A stretch of 64,000 bases of DNA from Mobula hypostoma (taxonomy: Eukaryota). This document shows, one piece after another, positions 50,532 through 63,522 of the stretch (position 1 is its first letter; every line of letters starts with the position of its first letter). The stretch spans positions 21,080,001-21,144,000 of the forward strand of contig NC_086108.1 in assembly GCF_963921235.1 (NCBI RefSeq), written 5' to 3'. The position numbers and the translations under genes are program-made. Below the pieces are notes generated by a model. That model did no database searches. It was given only the letters and a program-made list of their open reading frames with translations, and was not told the origin of the DNA.

Positions 50532-52261
50532 GGCATGAGAGAGGAGCTGGTCAAAGTTGATTGAAAGGGGACACTAGCAGGGATGATGCCAGAGCTGCAA
50601 TGGCAGGATTTCTGGAAGGAATTTAGAAGGTGCAGGATAGATTCATCCCAAAGTAGGATAAGTATTCTAAAGGGAGGATGAGTCAACAGTGACTGACAAG
50701 TGAAGTCAAAGACAGCATAAAAGGAAAGGAGAGTGTAATATATCAAAAATTAATGGGATGGTTAGAGGATTGGAAAGCTTTTAAAAGCCACAGAAGGCAA
50801 CTAAAAAAACAGTAAGGATAGAAAAGATAAAATATGAAGTTAAGCTACCCAATAATATGAAAGAGAATACAAAATGTTTTTACAGATATATCAAGAGTAA
50901 AAGAGAGGCATGAGTGGATATTGGACCGCTGGAAAATGTGCTTTATACTTTATACTTTATTGTCGCCAAACAATTAGTACTAGAACGTACAATCATCACA
51001 GCGATATTTGAATCTGCGCTTCACACGCCCTGGATTACAAATATTAAAAATATTAAAAATAGTTAAAATTAGTAAATATTAAAAATTTAAATTATAAATA
51101 ATAAATAGAAAATAGAAAAATGGGAAGTAAGGTAGTGCAAAAAAAAAACTAACAAAAAAAACGAGAGGCAGGGAGAGGTAGTAATGGGAGACAAAGAAAT
51201 GACAGATGAACTTAATAATACTTTGTGTCAGTCTTTTGTGTGGAAGACACCAGGAATATGCCAGAAATTTGAGAGTGCCTGAGGGCAGAAGTGTGTGTAG
51301 TCACTATTACTAAAAAAGAAGGAAAGAAGGGAAAAGCTGGGAAGCTGAAAGATCTGAAGGTAGATAAGTCATCTGGACCAGATGGGCTATACCCCAGGGT
51401 TCTGAAAGGGGTAGTTGAAGAGATTGTGGAGGAATTAGTAGTGACGTTTCAAGAATCACTAGGTTCTGGAATGGTTCCTGAGGACTGGAAAATTTCAGAT
51501 GTCACTCCAGTCTTTAAGAAGAGAGGGAGGCAAAAGACAGGAAATTATAGACCAGCTAGCCTGATCTCAGAGGTTGGTAAGATTTTGGAATCCACTATTA
51601 AGGATGAGTTTTCAGGGTACTTGAAGGCATATGGTAAAATAGGCCAAAGTCAGCATGGTTTCCTTAAGGGGAAATCTTGCCTGAGAGATCTGTTGGTATT
51701 CTTTGAGGAAATAACAGGCATGATAGACAAAGGAGAGTCAGTGGATGTTGTTCACTTAAATCTTCAGAAGACCACATCTGAGACTGTTAAATAAGATAAA
51801 AGCCCATGGTATTACATGAAAGATACTAGTATGGATAGATGATTGGCTGACTGGCAGGAGGTACACAATGGGAATAAAGGGGGCCTTTTTTGACTGGCTG
51901 CTGGTGATTAGTTGTATTCCACCGGGGTCAGTGTTGTAACTGCTTCTTGTCACATTATATGTCAATGATCTGAATTGATTGTTTTGTGGCCATATTTACT
52001 TATGATACCAAGCAAGGTGGAGGGGCAGGTCCTGTTGAGGAAACAGGGAGTATGCAAAAGGACTTAGAATGGGCAAAGAAGTGGCAGATGGAATAATGTA
52101 GGGAAGCGTATGGTAATACACTTCAGTAGAAGGTATAAAGGCATAGACTATTTTCTAAATGGGGAGCAAATTCAGAAATCAGAGGTGCAAAGGGACAGAT
52201 GTAATGCTGAGGCCTTACAAGACAGTGGTCACAGTGCACTTGGAATATAGTGAGCAGTTTT

Positions 52262-52530
52262 TATTTATTGAGAGATTTAGTGTGGAAAGGGCCCTTCTGG
52301 GCCAACAAGCCACGCCGCCTAGCAACCTACCTATTTAACCCTAGCCCAATTACAGGACAATTTACAACGACCAATTAACCTTCTAACCAGTGCGTCTTTG
52401 GACTGTGGGAGGACACCAGAACACCTGGAGGAAACTCATGCTCTCAAGGGAAAAATGTATGAACTGCTTCCAGAGTACACCGGAATTTGACTTCCAACCC
52501 TGACACCCTAAGTAGTAATAATGTAGCGAT
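52262..52530 (-). mobile_element. V-SINE-like element
   Basis: V-domain-like tctttggactgtgggaggacaccagaacacctggaggaaactcatgc. Confidence 0.7.
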
Positions 52531-53129
52531 ATAGGGGCACTTATTTAAGGAAAGATATGCTGGCATTAGAAAGGGTCCAGAGAATGATCCCAGGAACGAA
52601 ATGGTTAATGTATGAAGAGTGTTTTGCCAGAGTTTCTAAGAATGAGGAGAGACCTCATTGAAACCTACCAAATATTGAAAGACCTAGACAGAGTGGACAT
52701 GGAGAAGATGTTTTCTATAGTGGCAGAGGCAGACACTGGGACCAGAGGGTACAACCTCAGGATACCAGGACTTCCCTTTAGAAAAGAGATGAGGAGCACC
52801 TTCTTTAGGAAGAGGCTCGTGAACCTTTGAAATTCCTTGCCGCAGATGGCTGTGGAGACCAGGTCATTGTGTATACTTAAAGCAGAGCTTGATATTTTCT
52901 CGATTAGTAAGGATGTCAAAGGTTATGGGGAGAAAGCAGGAAAATATGATTGAGGAGGATAATAAATCAACCATGATAGAATGGCCGAGGAGACTTGATG
53001 CCCAATTGGCTTAATTCTGCTTGGATGTCTTATGTTCTTATGGTCCTAAAGATCTACTCCGTGAATAAATGTTTCTTTTTTTCTCCCAGTTACAGATTCC
53101 ATGTGGCTCATTTTAGCCAATCACAAAAG

Positions 53130-55385
53130 ACGATCATTCAAAATCCAAAAATGATGAACAGTAGTGCTGGTTGGGGATGTGGAGGGGTGGGCTACTGGAT
53201 GGAGGTGGTGATCAGCCTTATTGCTTGGGGAAAGAAACTGTTATTGAGCCTAATGGCCCTGATATGGGTGCTATGGAGCCTCCTCCCTAAAGGGAGTGGG
53301 ACAAATACTGCCATGAGCAGGGTGGGTGGGATCCCTCATGATGTTACAGGCTCTTTTCCAGCACCTTTCTATATATATTTCCTTGATGGCAGGTGGGCTG
53401 GTACAGGTGATGAACTGGACAGTTTTGGCTACCCATTGCTGAGCCTTCCTGTCTGCCATGGTGCAGTTTCCAGGCCACATAGTGATGTAGCTTGATAGAA
53501 TACTCTGTACTGCAGATTTGTGGAATAACAAGGGAATAGATGTCCATAGTCCTGTTCTCTTCGGCCTCCTCAGAAAGTAGAGGCACTCCCAGAAGACAGA
53601 CTACTCACAGTTTCCACTGCTGTGCCCCTATATAAAGAGGGATGTGAGTGGTGTGAGTTCTCCTGAGGTTGATAACCATCTCCCTTGTCTTGTTGACATT
53701 GAGAAAGAGGTTATTTGCCCGGCTCTTCCACCTCCTTTCTGTAGGGTGTCTCATTGTTGGTGATAAGACCCACCACTGTCATGTCGTCGGCGAACTTGAC
53801 AATGTGATTACTCAGATGTTTGGCCGTACAGTCATGTAAACAGAGTGTACAGCAATGGGCTCAGCACACAGCCCTGGGGGCACCTGTGTTGTGGATGATA
53901 GACAGGGAGGATCAGTTGTGCGTCCTGACTATCTGAGGTTTGTTCGTTTGGAACTCTAATACACAGTTGCATGGTGGTGTATTTAGACTGAGGAGCAGGA
54001 GTTTGTTCACCAAGGTCTGTGGAACAATGGTGTTGAATGCCAAACTGAAATCCAGATACAGCATTCTGACATAATTATCCTTGTTTTCTAGGTTACTGTA
54101 TGCCAGGGCCAAATACATGGTAGATGCTATGGTATCTGTCGTAGAGCAGTTCTTTCAGTAAGCATATTAGTGAGTGTCCTGTGATAGGTGCCATTACCAG
54201 CTGTTCAAAGCACTTGATACTGTAATTATTGACGTCAATGCCACTGGGTGATACTCATTTACTTCTGAGGGTGTAACGTTCTTTGATACAGGGATGATGG
54301 TGGCTGATTTAAAGCTTGTGCAGACTGCAGCCTGGATGACTGATGTGTTGAAGATATCAATGAAGGCATCGATGAGCTGGTGTGTACACTCCCTGAGTGC
54401 TCAGCATAGGATGTTGTCTGGCCCGGCAGCCTCACTGAGGTTGACTCTCTGCAGATTTCTTCTCATGTCTGCTGCTGTTACAGATGGTGGCTGCTCACCT
54501 GTTCTGTCACCAGGCCTGAAGGCAGCATCCCAGGCTTTTAGTAGGGAGCGTACCTCAGCATTCAGCCAGAGCTTCTTGTTGGGCCATTGTTGAGGCACTA
54601 ATGCCATCTACACAGTTACAGGTGAAGCCATTGACAGATGAGGCATACTCCTTGAGGTTTGTGTCTTCTCTATTTGTGGCGGCCTCCTTGAACATCTGCC
54701 AGTTAGTCCATTGAAAACAGTCCTGAAGCATAGAGATTGCCTCGTTAGGCCATACAGTGACGGTCCTCTTGACTGGTTTCTCCATTTTCAGCATCAGTCC
54801 GTATGTTGGCATTAACATCATGGAGATGTGATCAGCGAGGCCAAGATGAGGGCATGGGATGGCTTTGTAAGCATTACATCTGTTGGTACAGACATGATCG
54901 ATGCTGTTTATTCCCCTAGTGGCCATGGTGACATGTTGATGGAATTTGGGTAAAATGTCCTGTGGGTTAACATGATTGAAGTCTCTTGTAATTATGAAGA
55001 GTCTGCCCAGATGTTTGTTTTGTAGCGAGTGATGATACTGTAAAGCTCTCCCAGTGCGCCCTTGGCATTTGCGCTCGGGGGATGTAGACAATGGTGAGGA
55101 ATACAACAGTAAACTCCCTGAGCAGGTAATATGGTCAACATTTAATTGTAAGAAGTTCAATTGCCCCAGAACAGTGACAGCTAACTACGGGTGAGTTTGT
55201 GCACCAGCCTTTGTTAATGTATACACAGATTCTGCCTCCTTTGGATTTCCCCAATATGGAGTTCCTGGCTGCACACAACAAAGTCATCCTATTGAGCTGA
55301 AATGCTGAACCGGACATGTTATTGTTTAACCACTTTTTGGTGAAAGCCAGAATGCAACAGTTTCTCATCTCTTTCTGTGTGTTCA
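53130..55385 (-). mobile_element. Decayed Rex1/Babar LINE (EN and RT remnants)
   Basis: GKSKGGRICVYINKGWC, HLGLADH and YVRMLYLDFSLAFNTI. Confidence 0.8.
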
Positions 55386-56056
55386 ATCTCAGACCATTTT
55401 ATTACCTAGCAAGCCAACATTGGTCAGGAAAAGTGAAGTCAGGAGAAAATGTATCAGTGCCCATTAATGGGTCAGCAGCTTTAAGCTCTTTGATGTTAAC
55501 ATCTCACAGGATCTGAGATGAAGCAGTCATGAAGAAGGTATGCCAGTGGCTCTACTTCATTAGGAATTTAAGAAGATTAGGTACAGTGTTTCGCCAAAAA
55601 CCCCTACAAATTTCCATCAATATATGGTGGAAATCATTTAGATTGGTTGCATTACAGCCTGATAGTGCGAGAGAGGTGGAGGCTAGGTAGAAGTTTACGT
55701 CAAGGTTCTGTTTCTTTCTTTATTAATACCTAGCTAGAGTAGCAAGAATGGATCCCAGCTCAGCTCTTGCATGATGTGGGAAATCTGGGAGACTTCCAGT
55801 CTTCCTGATTGCTACTTCTGCGAGAAGTTTGCCTGGGCGCAGCTCCTTACAGAACATGTTAGGGAACTTCCGCTGGAGGCGGACGACCTACCATTCAAGA
55901 TGATGTGAAGGCGATAGATAGGAGCTACAGGGAGGCAGTCACATATTATTTACAAGAGACAGGCAGATGGGTGACTGTCAAGAGAGAGTAAGAGAATAGG
56001 TAAATGGTACAGAGTACCCTGAGCTGTTCCCCTCAATAACAAGTATATTGCTTTGG

Positions 56057-56243
56057 AGCAACACACACAAAGTGCTGGAGGAACTCAGCAGGCCAAGCAG
56101 TATCTATGGAATAAAGTACAGTCAATGTTTCAGCTGTTGACTGTACTTTTTTCCATAGATGATGCCTGACCTACTGAGTTCCTGCAGCATTTTATGTGTG
56201 CTGCTTGGATTTCCAGCTTCTGCAGATTTTCACTTGTTTGTGA
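56057..56243. mobile_element. Penelope-derived fold-back mini-element
   Basis: ~70-bp inverted arms around gtacagtcaa...ttgactgtac. Confidence 0.8.
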
Positions 56244-57529
56244 TTTGAATACTGGTTTGGATATTGCTTTGGGGATGACTTGCTAGGGGACAGCCGTAGT
56301 GACAGGGCACTGAGGCTCAGAACGAAAAGAGGGAGAAGATGAGAGCAATGGTGATAGGGGATTGAATAGTTAGGGGGCTAGACAGGAGATTCTGTGGACA
56401 TGAAAGGGATTCCTGGATGATATGTTGTTTCCCGGGTGCCAGGATCAGGGACATCTCAGATTGGGTCCACACGAGGGGTGGCGGGGGTGGGGGGGGGGAT
56501 GAGCAGCCAGAGGTCATGGTACACATTGCTACCAATGACATAGGTAAGAACAATGAAGAAGTTCTGAATAGTGAATACAGTAAGCTGATTAGGAAGCCAA
56601 AAATCAGGACCTCAAAGGTACTAATGTCTAGATTGCTGCCTGTGCCACACACCAGTGAGTGTAAAAATAGGATGCTATGTTAGATGAATCTGTGGCTGAA
56701 GAACTGGTTCAGGGGGCAGGGTTACAGATTTGTGGATCTTTGTGATCTCTTCTGGGGAAGGTATGATCTGTAGAAACAGTGTGGGTTTCACCCTGAATAT
56801 CCTTCTAATACAGGTTTGCTTAAACTAGGTAAGCAAGGGGTTGGGAACCAGAATGATAGGTCAGGGATGAAGCTGTTGGTGCAAAGGTAGATGCAACGTG
56901 TAGAGAGACTGTGAGTAAGGATAGGCAGTAAAAGGACAATTGCAGTGCATTGGATGGGATGAAATGTATCTATTTTAATGCAAGAAGTATCGGGTACAAG
57001 GGTGCTGAACAGAGCATGTATCAGTACATGTATATTGTGGAAAAGACAGAGACTTGGGTGTCACGAGGGCAGGGATAACCGCTGGATGTTCCGTGATTTA
57101 CATGTTTCAAAAGGGACAGGGAGGGAGGTAAATTAGGTAGTGGCATTGCTGATCAGGAATAGTATTACAGCTTGAGAAAGAAAGGACATTGTGGAGGAAT
57201 CATCTACTGAGTCGGCATGGTTGAAAGGCAGAAACATGAAGGGAGAAATCTCTCTATGGGAATATTCAATAAAAACACCACCATTCCATCAACAACAGAG
57301 ACACTGAGGAGCAGATTAGGATGCAGATTTCAAAAAGGTGCAAAACCAACACGGTTGTTGTCATGCTTGATTTCAGCTTCCCTAATATCAATTGGCACCT
57401 CCTTAGTGCAAAAGATTTAGACGAAGTGGAATTTGTTAGGTGTGTCCAGAAATTATTTCTGACATAATATGTGGACAAGCCAACTAGAGGAGAGGCAATG
57501 AATCTAATCAGATGAGCATTGAGACAATC

Positions 57530-57970
57530 ACCTCCAATCTAAGGCATGAACATTGATTTCTCCAGCTTTCAGTACTTTCCCCTTCTCCCTTTTTCCATCT
57601 CCCCATTCTGGCTCTCCTCTTACCCCTTCTCTTCTCATCACCTGCCTATCACCTCCATCTGGTGCCTCTCTTCCTTTTCTCCCATGGTCCACTCTTTTCT
57701 GATATCAGATTCATTTTTCTTCAGCTCTTTACCTTTTCCACTTATCACCTCCCAGCTTCTCACTTCATCCACCTACCTTACCCCTTATCTGGCTTCACCT
57801 ATCACCTTCCAGCTTGTACTCCCATCCCTATTTCCACCTTCTTATTCTGGCTTCTTCTCCCTTCCTTTCCAGTCCTGATGAAGGGGTTTGACTCAAAAAG
57901 TTGATTGTCTATTCCTCTCCATAGATGCTGTCTGACCTGCTGAGTTCCTCCAGCATTTTGTGTGTGTTGA
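57530..57970 (+). mobile_element. Penelope-like 3' end and terminal repeat
   Basis: GMNIDFS, a pyrimidine-rich UTR, and the hammerhead remnant ccagtcctgatgaagggg. Confidence 0.8.
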
Positions 57971-58979
57971 TTAAAGTAGAGCAGTTGACGTGGTGTACAT
58001 GGATTTTAGTAAGGTATTTATCAAGGTTCTCCATACAAGGCTCATTCATAATGTCAGGAGGAATGGAATTAAAGGAAAAGTGGCTGCATGGATTTGGGAT
58101 TGGCATGCCACAGAAGGCAGATGGTAGTAGTAGATGAAGTGTGCTCTGCCTTGGAGTGTCATGGTCCGGTCCGTGAAGTCCGCATTCCAGTTCACAGTCC
58201 AGTCCGTGGACTCAGGACTCCGGGTCTTTCAGCTGTCCCTTGTTTGAATTAATCACTGGCACCTGATTCCCATCTTGGGGCTTGGAATATGAGTAGCCTT
58301 GGGGTTGAGTGTGAGCTGCTGATTTGTTTTGTCAAGATCCCCTGGGAGCAACCTGCCGTTGGAAGGCTAGAGCAGCCAATTGCCATCTTTAGGCCGCGTT
58401 GGGGAACCATCCCCTCATGGAGCTTTGCTGTCAGTAGTCGGAGCTGACTTTGCGGTATGGATTCGGCTCTTTCCTGGACCAGCTGAGTGGCTGCCAACCA
58501 CTCTGAGCTAGGTAGGGATCTGGCTGCTTCCGTAGCCAGCTGAGGTTGCTGGCTGAACTGAGACTCGAAGCTACCCCGGAGCAGAAATGGAACTGTCTGT
58601 CGTTCTTTAGTGTTGTCTCTTCTTGTGCACACCTCCGTGGGGTAAGCCAGGCAGTTTTGCCATTGCCCTGCAGGGGGATCTGTCTTGTCTTGTCCTCGCC
58701 TCCGTGGGGCAAGTCAGGCTGTTCTGCCGTTGCCCTGCGGGGGGATCTGTCTTGTCTTGTCTTTGCCTCTGTTGGGTAAGTCCGGCCATGCTGCCATTAC
58801 CCAACGGATGGTTCTGTCCCACCTTGGTGTGGAGAAATTGAGTCCCAGCTTGTCTAAGTATAAGTCCTGGTTCCATGTCTATGTACTGTCCTGTCTCACG
58901 TTGCTGTCATGTTAACGATGAGTCCCGGCTCTATGTTAATGTACAGTTCCCAGTCTGTCTCCGAGTTCCAGCCTCCGAG

Positions 58980-60762
58980 TTATACTTTATACTTTATTGT
59001 TGCCAAACAATTGATAATAGAATGTACAATCATCATAGCGATATTTGATTCTGTGCTTCTCACTCCCTGGATTACAAATCGATGGTAAATATTAAAAAGT
59101 TAAATTATAAATCATAAATAGAAAATAGAAAAATGGAAAGTAAGTTAGTGCAAAAGACCCGAGATGCAGATCCGGATATTTGGAGGGTACGGCCCAGATC
59201 CGGGTCAGCATCCGTTCAGCAGTCTTATCACAGTTGGAAAGAAGCTGTTCCCAAATCTGGGTGTACGAGTCTTCGAGCTCCTAAGCCTTCTCCCAGAGGG
59301 AAGAGGGACAGAAAGTGTGTTGACTGGGTAGGTTGTGTCCTTGATTATCCTGGCAGCACTGCTCTGACAGCGTGCAGTGTAAACTGAGTCCAAGGACGGA
59401 AGATTGGTTTGTGTGATGTGCTGCGCCGTGTTCACGATCTTCTGCAGCTTCTTCCGGTCTTGGACAGGACAACTTCCATACCAGGTTGTGATGCACCCTA
59501 GAAGAATGCTTTCTATGGTGCCTCTATAAAAATGAGTGAGGGTTTTAGGGGACAGGCCGAATTTCTTTAGTTTTCTCAGAAAGTAAAGGTGCTGATGGGC
59601 CTACTTGGCAGTGAACTTTGCTTGGTTGGACCAAGTCAGGTCATTTCTAATATTGACCCTGAGGAACTTAAAGCTTTTGACTTGCTCCACTTGCGCACCA
59701 CTGATGTAAATTGGGTCGTGCGGTCCGCTACTCCTTCTGAAGTCACCAACCAATTCCTTCGTCTTACTGATGTTGAGGAATAGGTTATTGTCTTCGCACC
59801 AATTCCTCTCTGTACTCAAACTCATCATTACCCGAGATACGGCCTACAATTGTTGTGTCATTAGCAAACTTATATATTGAGTTTGATGGAAACTTGGCTA
59901 CACAATCATAGGTGTATAGTGAGTACAGCAGGGGGCTGAGTACACAATCTTGTGGGGCACCGGTGCTCAGAGTGATTGTAGAGAAGAGCTTGTCCCCTAT
60001 TTTTACAGCCTGGGTCCTGTCTGTGAGGAAGCTGAAGATCCAGCTGCAGATCTAAGTACTAAGGCCCAGGGTCCAGAGCTTAGGAATCAGTTTATTTGGA
60101 ATGATGGTATTAAAGGCAGAGATGTAGTCAATGAAAAGGAGCCTCACGTATGCGTCTTTATTCTCCAGGTGTTCTAAGGAGGAATGTAGGGCCAGAGCGA
60201 TGGCATCTGCCATTGACCTGTTGCTCCGGTAGGCGAATTGCAAAGTGTCGAGGTTGACCGGTAGGCTATGGTTGATGTGTGCCATAACCAACCTCTCGAA
60301 GCACTTCATAGCAATTGATGTCAGAGCCACAGGTCGATAGTCATTCAGGCATGCCACCTTGCTCTTCTTCGGCACCAGGATTATCGTTGCCTTCTTAAAA
60401 CACGAGGGGATCTTAGACTGAAGCAAGGAGCAGTTGAAGATGTCAGCAAACACTCCAGCTAGCTCGCTTGCACAGGCCTGAAGAATCCATCCCGGGATGC
60501 CATCTGGGCTCGTTGCCTTCCTGGGATTTATCTTCAGGAAGGCCCTTCTAACGTCCTCCTCGGTGACGATGGATCTCGATGCCACCAGGTCTGGTTCATC
60601 TGGAGGGAGTGGGACACTCCTCTTCTGTTCGAATCTTGCATAGAATATGTTAAGTTCGTCAGGAAGAGAAGCGCCACAGTTATTGATATTCCCAGCCTTT
60701 TCTTTGCACCCAGTGATCTCATTTAGACCCTGCCATAGTCTACTGGCATCCCTCTGGTTAGC
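58980..60762 (-). mobile_element. Rex1/Babar LINE, same family as 18125-19899
   Basis: Near-identical RT peptide ([33 protein letters not shown]); tail tatactttatactttatt. Confidence 0.9.
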
Positions 60763-60764
60763 CT

Positions 60765-61100
60765 CAGGATCCCAGACACCAGCCGGCAGCCAAGCTCAAG
60801 ATCCCAGACCCCAGCCAGCAGCCAAGCTCAAGATCCCAGACCCCAGCCAGCAGCCAAGCTCAAGATCCCAGGCCCCAGCCGGCAGCCAAGCTCAAGATCC
60901 CAGACCCCAGCTGGCAGCCAAGCTCAAGATCCCAAGCTAAGCTCCAAGAACCCAAGCCTCGAGGATCCCAAGCCAAGCTCCAAGAACACTGGCCTTGAAG
61001 ATCCCAAGCCAAGCTCCAAGAACACTAGCCTCGAGGATCCCAAGCCAAGCTCCAAGAACACTACCTGAAGACTCCAGCCTGCAGCCAAGCTCAAGGCCCA
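60765..61100. repeat. Compound minisatellite: 32 bp x ~5, then 36 bp x ~3-4
   Basis: Units agccagcagccaagctcaagatcccagacccc and agccaagctccaagaacactagcctcgaggatccca. Confidence 0.85.
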
Positions 61101-61964
61101 AGACCCCAGCCTCAAGCCTCAGGAGCAAAGACCCCAGCCTGTCTCCAAGCTCAGGCCTCTAGACCCCAGCCACGTCCTGTCCTGAAGCCTTGTCATGTCC
61201 TTGCCTGGTTCTGGGGTCCGAGCCCGAGGCAAGACCATGGTCTTTGTCCAGTCTCGGGCTCGGAGTTGAGAATCCATGGTTTCTAGTCCTGGTCCCGCTT
61301 TCCCTAGCCCATGTCTGCATTCTTGTCCCTGCTCCTGGTCTGAATCCTGTCACGTCCCTACTCTAGTCAAGTCCTGTTCCTTATACTTTAGTGTCTGTGT
61401 CTTGCATTTGGGTCCGTTCCCAGCACCCTATTGTGACATGGAGTCAGTGACCAGTTGTGTTCCACAGGTCTCTGTTTGTTCTTTGTGATTTTTTAAAATT
61501 ACTTGCATGAGGAATTGGAAGGATGGTTTAATAAGTCTGCAGTTGACACAAAGGTTGGTGGTGTTGTGGATAATGTAGAAGATTATTATAGGTTACAACA
61601 AGAGTTTGATGGGATGTAGAGCTGAGTTTAGAAAAGGCAGATTTGATTTCAATCTAGAAACTTATCAAGAGATTCAGTTTGGAAGGTTGAACTTGAAAGC
61701 AGAGTTTAGGGTTAATGGCAGGATTCTTAGCAGTGGGGAGGAACAGATGGATCTTGTTCCTCATCCATAGATCTCTTAAAGTTGCCACATAAGTCGATAG
61801 GGTGGTTCAGGAGGTATATGGTGTGTAGGCCTTCATTAGTTGAGGGATTGAGTTCAAGAGCCATGAGGTAATGTTGCAGGTCTATAAAACTCTGGTTAGA
61901 CCACACTTGGAGTATTGTGTTCATTTCTGGTCACCTCTTTGCAGGAAGGATATGGAAATGGTGA

Positions 61965-62265
61965 GCACAATTGCTTTACAGCGCAAGCGATGGCTAATCG
62001 GCGTTCAATTCCTGCCACTGTCTGTAACAAGTTAGTACGTTCTCCCCATGACCATGTAGGTTTCTTCAGGGTGCTCCAGTTTCCTTCCACATTTCAAAGA
62101 TGGATAGTAAAGGTTGGTGAGTTGTGGTCATGCTCTGTTGGTGTTGGAGGCATGACAATACCTGTGGGCTTCCTCCAGTACAAACCTCGTTTTGTAATTG
62201 GTCATTGACACAAAACAACGTGTTTCACTGATGTTTCAATGTACATGTGACAAATCTAATCTTTA
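61965..62265 (+). mobile_element. V-SINE-like element
   Basis: B-box-like gttcaattcc; V-domain-like gtttcttcagggtgctccagtttccttccaca. Confidence 0.65.
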
Positions 62266-62702
62266 AACTTTAGAGAGGGTGCAGAGGAGATTTACCAGGA
62301 TGCTACCTGTCTTATGAGGACAGGTTGAGCAAGCTTGGGCTATTTGCTTTGCAGCGAGGGAGGATGAGAGGTGACTTGATAGAGGTGTGTAAGATGATAA
62401 GAGGCATGGATAGGGCGAATATGGCTAATACAAGCAGGCATAATTTTAAGGTGATTGGAGGAAAGTAAGGGGATGTCAGAGGAAAGTTTTTACACAGAGT
62501 GTGAGCGCATGGAACACCCTGCTAGGAGTGGTGGTAGAGGCAGATACTTTAGGGACATCTAAGAGATTCTTAGGCAGATGGCTGAAAGAAAAATTGAGGG
62601 CTATGTGGGAGGAAAGAATTAGATTGATCTTGGAGTAGGCTAAGAGATCAGTACAATATCATGTGATAAAGGGGCAGTATTGTGCTTCGTCAATATGTCT
62701 AC

Positions 62703-63522
62703 TGTTAGATCATCAGCAACAATGAATATAGAATTGAGTCAGGTTTTATAAACAAACATAAACATTTATTAAACTCTGCTCAACTATAGCGAAAAGTATT
62801 TCAAACGACTAACTTAACTGGAAGTTAACTGCTATACAGCAACTCTGGAATAGTTCTTAAAGTGGTAAATTCAAACACAGTCTTAAAGTGGTAAATTCGA
62901 ACACAGTCTTAAAATGGTAAATTTGAAAGTCCAAGTGATTTACACAGTCAATAAGGAGAGACTTCTCTGGAAACGGATTTCTTCGAAGACATGATGTTAC
63001 TGCTGATTCTGTCCAAAGGATTCACAACAAAGGAAATAAACGGCTGAAAGGAACTGACCTTTTCCTTGGCGAATGAACACTGCAAAAACTTTCCTAATCT
63101 TACAGGGATTATCTCAGATGTAGGTCGCTATTTCTGAACGAAGATTCAATAAGGTCGATCCTTTATGAAACCGCCAAACGACACCAACTTTACTCAATCC
63201 TTCAGGTTCCTGTAATTTAGTAAGGTCTTCACTCTCCAATACTAGACTTACAATAGAAAGTAAAACTCCATTTTAAAATGAAACTGCGTCATGAGACGGA
63301 TACACAGCATAACGGAGTAACTGACGAATTAAACAACAAATCAACCGCGTAACAACAGGGGTTTCCCGTTATATACCTGTTGAGAACATGTCATCATGTG
63401 ACCTCACACTGGCGGGATAATTACATCACCCACCATCACAAGACCATTACATCATGCTCACAAGATACTCAATTACATCATGGTCCTAAGACAGTCACAG
63501 GATACCCACGAGATATGTAACA
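62703..63522 (-). mobile_element. Solo LTR related to the Gmr1-like LTRs
   Basis: TGTTA...TAACA termini; 4-bp TSD ctac at 62699-62702 and 63523-63526; shares aaggatcgaccttattga and gtttaataaatgttt with the 29.9-kb LTR. Confidence 0.85.

Larger units (their letters stand above)
48890..53045 (+). mobile_element. Near-full-length decayed CR1 LINE (ORF1 esterase, EN, RT) with inserts
   Basis: VVVIGDSIVRGID, KVLYLNACSI and GNYRPASL...SQHGFLKGKSCL; 3' tail at ~53040; inserts at 50403-50531, 50941-51170 and 52262-52530. Confidence 0.85.
58157..61438 (+). mobile_element. Long solo LTR, copy 2, containing a Rex1 insertion and 32/36-bp repeats
   Basis: TGTCA...TGACA termini; 5-bp TSD tggag at 58152-58156 and 61439-61443. 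Confidence 0.88.
55665..62680 (+). mobile_element. Decayed CR1 LINE (ORF1 to 3' end) interrupted by Penelope, solo-LTR and SINE insertions
   Basis: ORF1 CCFPGARIRDISD...VHIATNDIG; EN start at ~56960; RT and 3' remnants at 57975-58156 and 61439-62680. Confidence 0.75.
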
